This document shows, piece by piece, positions 60,042-64,000 of a stretch of 64,000 nucleotides of DNA (positions are counted from its first letter, which is position 1; every line of letters starts with the position of its first letter). The stretch is from Lepidodermella squamata (Eukaryota > Animalia > Gastrotricha): assembly GCA_047495785.1 (NCBI GenBank), contig JBLDXI010000014.1, positions 372,001-436,000 on the forward strand. Reading direction: 5' to 3'. The notes beneath the pieces were generated by a model. It saw only the letters and a program-made list of their open reading frames with translations. It was not told where the DNA came from and did not search any database. The position numbers were made by a program, and so were the translations under genes.

Positions 60042-63000
60042 TTATTTTGCCTTTGGTATCTCGATTCTTCGAAATTTCAGAAACATCCGTGTGGTTCCTG
60101 CTGATAAAACTCGTTTGATATGAAATCTCAAGACGCGAATGAGCAACTTTGTGTCAAGAGTCCATGAATTCTCGCGCTTAAACGAGTCGAATATAGAGTC
60201 ATGAATATAGAGTAGATAGGAAAGCGACTTACCTTGGCAGCCTTGACAGCAAAAACGGTGAATTCTATGACGCAGACAACTAGCGCCAATCCAAGTCCTC
60301 CCACCAATACTATGAAAGCTCCTCCTAACACGTCCATAGAAAGCTGTGGAGCCGCCCTTCGCCCTCCAGCCGTCGACGTTTTATCAGATGAATCGCTCGA
60401 ACATTTCACGCTGTTTAGTGAATTGCGCTTTATTTCATCAACCCACCACTTGTTCTTCAGCGCTTGTAAAACTCCTTCGTTCTGCAACTTCAAGATTGAG
60501 GTCGATAGCAAGTCTCGCAGAGGCGATCCTGATAAGATGACAAAAATTGTGCCTAATAATAATAGAAATAACAGTGACACACACCTTTCTGAGTTGCGAT
60601 GCCGTAGCCTTTCGAGTCCAGCAACGCACCAACTTGAAATAACCGGCAGTCTTTAGCAACTTCGTACTCAAGTTTGGTGGATTCGAGAAAAAACGCAAAT
60701 TTTCCTTTGACTAAAGTTGAAACAAAACCAGTTACTTGTAGAAGGCAAAACTAAATGAAACAAACGCTGAATAATTCGTCGAACACCCTCAGCTTGGGTT
60801 TGCTGTAAAGTTTGCTCACGAATCATATTGGCATAAAGCTCACGATAGAGATCAATTTTCGAATTCTATTAGACACGATCATCCTCAAAATCAGCCAAGT
60901 AAATTAGGCAAAATACCTTGAAGAAGCTTTGAGTTGACCCACCAGCCAATGTGCCGTATTTTGTTTTGTTTTGACCCAATAGATCTGTCGGCTTTCTAAG
61001 CGGTACTTCTAGTCGTTCGTTGGTCAGGAATGCGGCAAGATTCGCAGCTGAACGGAAATTTTTTCAACGCAGCCAGAAATATAAGCTAAGCAAATTCATA
61101 CTGTAGCAACTGACGAGGGCGAGAGAAATGAACCCCCAGGTGATGTAGAGAATCCGAGTACTTTTGGCTAGACCCGGAGATATATGTAAATGCAAAAATT
61201 CGTAATAAGCCATCTCATTATTTACCTGACGGGAAGAAATCACATCCTTGCATAAGAGCCGTGCTAATGGCCATCCTGAAAAAAACAACGTTAACCAGAC
61301 TAGTTCAGAAAAAGAGATTGCTCTCTCACCAAATTGAATTGGTTAAGGTCCACTGAGGGTTCTGGCATCGAAAATATTAGGTAAGTAAAGATCGGTTCGA
61401 GATGCGAAACAAACAAACCGGAGGAGACATGCTGGGCGGCTTAGTGGGATTCACAGCCGCCGACCAATCTGAGGGTGAATTGAGTTCCTCGGGAGACAGC
61501 CAGCACAAAACTTGATGGAACACGCTATACACCACTATAGCCACTCCGGCCAGTAGCCAAACGCCAAGGCTTAGTGGCCGGATGAAGCTGAACATGCCTG
61601 ACATGGTTTCATCGTTATCAACGTCGCCAGCATCTTGCCTGTAGTACAGCATCCCAATACCGACTGTCATGAATGACTGCGTAAAATCGACGACTTTTGA
61701 CCTCTGAATTCAAAGATTTAAATATTAATTTAAGAATTCCTGATATAGGACAATAATTACAGACTGCGTTATCGTCAGCGGCGCCAAAGCGGCATCGGCG
61801 CGGCCTTTTTCAAGCTCCCCTATCATTCCGTTCCAGCCATATTCAGATAGCGAGCCATACCGGCCTGAAAAATGTTGAGCCATATTAGGGAAGTGAATGA
61901 CCTTAAATTATAAAGTACCATCTGGAACTAGAGTCAATTCATAACTGAAGCCTAGCTCCTGACTAAGACGTTCTAATAGGTCGATGCAGTAGCCTTCATA
62001 AGCTTCTATGCCTGTTGGCTCATGGTGATGCGAAACATTGACACCGTAAGCAATAACTCTGCTGCCTTGCAGAACCCCGGGCCTGCCTTGAATGACAGAA
62101 CCGTTGCTCGGAAACAAAAGCTTTGATTTTCGCATTATGAATGGCGAATCCTTTACAGCATCAAATACATTTCAAACAAAATAATGACATAGTTAGGGAT
62201 ATTCTTACCAGAATGGTAGTGATCCGCAATTTTCTATTGTTTTGACAAGGCATTCTATGATTTACATGCTTATGATCCGGGTCTTTGTCCGACGTAACAA
62301 CGGCTTCCATTTGCACATGTCGCTTGCTTTCCCTTTTCGAAATTTGAGGAGTGGGATACATCGGCGAAAATGTAGGATTCAAGATCCAAACCAAGTGCAT
62401 TTTACCGCCAGCAAACAGGTATTGCAACCGCTGGAAAGAGCGAGTAAGCTGAATCAAAGTAGAAGAATCTGTAACTTACCACGAAATAACCATCATTTGT
62501 CATATTCAACAACTCTAAGGTCCATCCTTTTCGTTCCTCGGCGAAAACTTTGTTCAGGAATGCCGTTTCTGAAGGTAAGCATAGTGTCGAGTTGTCTTCA
62601 TCATCATCGTTTGGCGAGCTCATCGCTTTGCTAAAAGCATCGGTGGCCGATTTCATAGCCAAGTTCGATATTTCCTCGTCGTTATGGCCGTCGAGGGTGC
62701 TTTCGTAAGCCATTTCAGCACTATCGACATCTTGCCCATCTGGTGTTGCCCTCACAACGATCCGCCGCAGTCTCAGCGCACTGACCGAGGTATGGTCGCC
62801 GACGGAACAAGGTATGTTGAGAGGGTCAAGGTGGAAATTGAGGTTAGTTGCAATGTACATGTAACCTCGACCGGCCAGTCCGAGATCCAGTGCAGTGTGA
62901 ATAAATTTGCGCTCGAAATCAGCCCGAGGGCTAGCGATGACAAACTTGCGGTGCCGATTTGACACCTCCTGAACCGCGTTCTCCCAGTTCTTTCTACTCG

Positions 63001-63999
63001 CAGGCCCTTCATCAATTTTGTGCCCCTTCAGGCGGAACAATCGAACGCTTTGATCACGTTGCGTGGCTGCGTTTAACAATTCTTCGATCGTGCTGCTCAG
63101 AGCTGATTTTTCTTCGATTTCTTGCGTGTCGATTTGAACAAGGGCGAAGCGCGATGTTTTTAAAATTGAGAAAATGATTTCTAGCATAGCGTTATCCAGA
63201 TCTGATTGTTTAGGCATAGCTGAAAGAAATGAAGCTGTTGAAAAATCGTCGCAATCCGGGTGGATGTCGTGTAGTAAATCTGGCGAGTACGTGGGTCCTC
63301 TCGGGTCAGATACTACGACTGGAATTTGAAGGGATTTCGCCACTTCAAAAACAATGTTGGACCAAGCTTTTTCAGGTGATGGCATCGTCTCGAGAATGAC
63401 ACCGATTACAGGGTTTTCAGAGCTTTCCAAAATGTCAACCACTGTCAAACAACAAACATTGAAATTTATCCAAGGTTTTCCAAGCGATTTGTTCTAACGG
63501 GGAATTAAGCTTACCTTCGTCAAACATGTTCATTCCGTTCATAGAGATGATCATGTTCACATCAAAGTAGCGAAATCGCAGCGGGAACATTTCCGGTAGT
63601 TCGGCAAGGTTTATTTTCGGCTTGAAATTAGTCGAACGTTTTATGATTCGCTCTACAGTAGTTACGCGGGCCCAGTATCCAGGGTCAGTTTTCTTCTGTT
63701 CACGCCAATACTTCTCAGGGTCCGTCGTAAAGACCACAACGATGGCAACTTAGCAAAACGGAAGTGAAAAATTGAAGAAAATTCGCGTGGGAAAACCTAC
63801 GAGGCGCATGTCGAGGCCAGGAATACTCAAAATCTGACGAGCCTTCATAGAAATAGTTCCGCGGCTTCTTGGTAGTCGGTGCTAACTTTGAATCGTCGAA
63901 AATAATTATTCCAGATTTTTTCGTAGGAACAAAAAATTCGCTGTTGAATTCAGGAAAATGCGCGAATATAACGAGAATTTTCAACAGCGGTACAAGCAT
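60042..63999 (-). CDS. Ionotropic glutamate receptor subunit (non-NMDA-like), multi-exon; start at the window edge
   Basis: [28 protein letters not shown]|[25 protein letters not shown]4. Confidence 0.93.
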
Positions 64000-64000
64000 T

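Overview
Eukaryotic (metazoan) genomic DNA from a very compact invertebrate genome. I resolved about 27 protein-coding genes in 64 kb, mostly with 45-60 nt GT-AG introns. I found no rRNA, tRNA, CRISPR or recognisable transposase. Gene models were spliced by eye from the sequence. Recognisable genes are two tandem GT32 glycosyltransferases, a class A GPCR, an alpha2-like type IV collagen, an ankyrin protein, a two-CTLD membrane lectin, three Sushi+CAP paralogues, a DEG/ENaC channel, a secreted VIT-vWA protein, three mucin-like membrane proteins, eIF2A, an ANKRD45-like gene and an ionotropic glutamate receptor. Three observations stand out. (1) An intron-containing, bacterial-type biuret hydrolase (BiuH) is fused to an allophanate-hydrolase C-terminal-like domain, a probable horizontally acquired operon fusion. 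(2) A tandem family of four secreted precursors carries a 6-Cys WAP-like fold split by a long linker, with an RRRR furin site in three of the four, different low-complexity or antimicrobial-like cargo, and C-terminal amidation signals in three. (3) Two paralogous three-exon genes for 38 and 46 aa transmembrane micropeptides are absent from the supplied ORF track. Family assignments come from motif recall; no database search was run.
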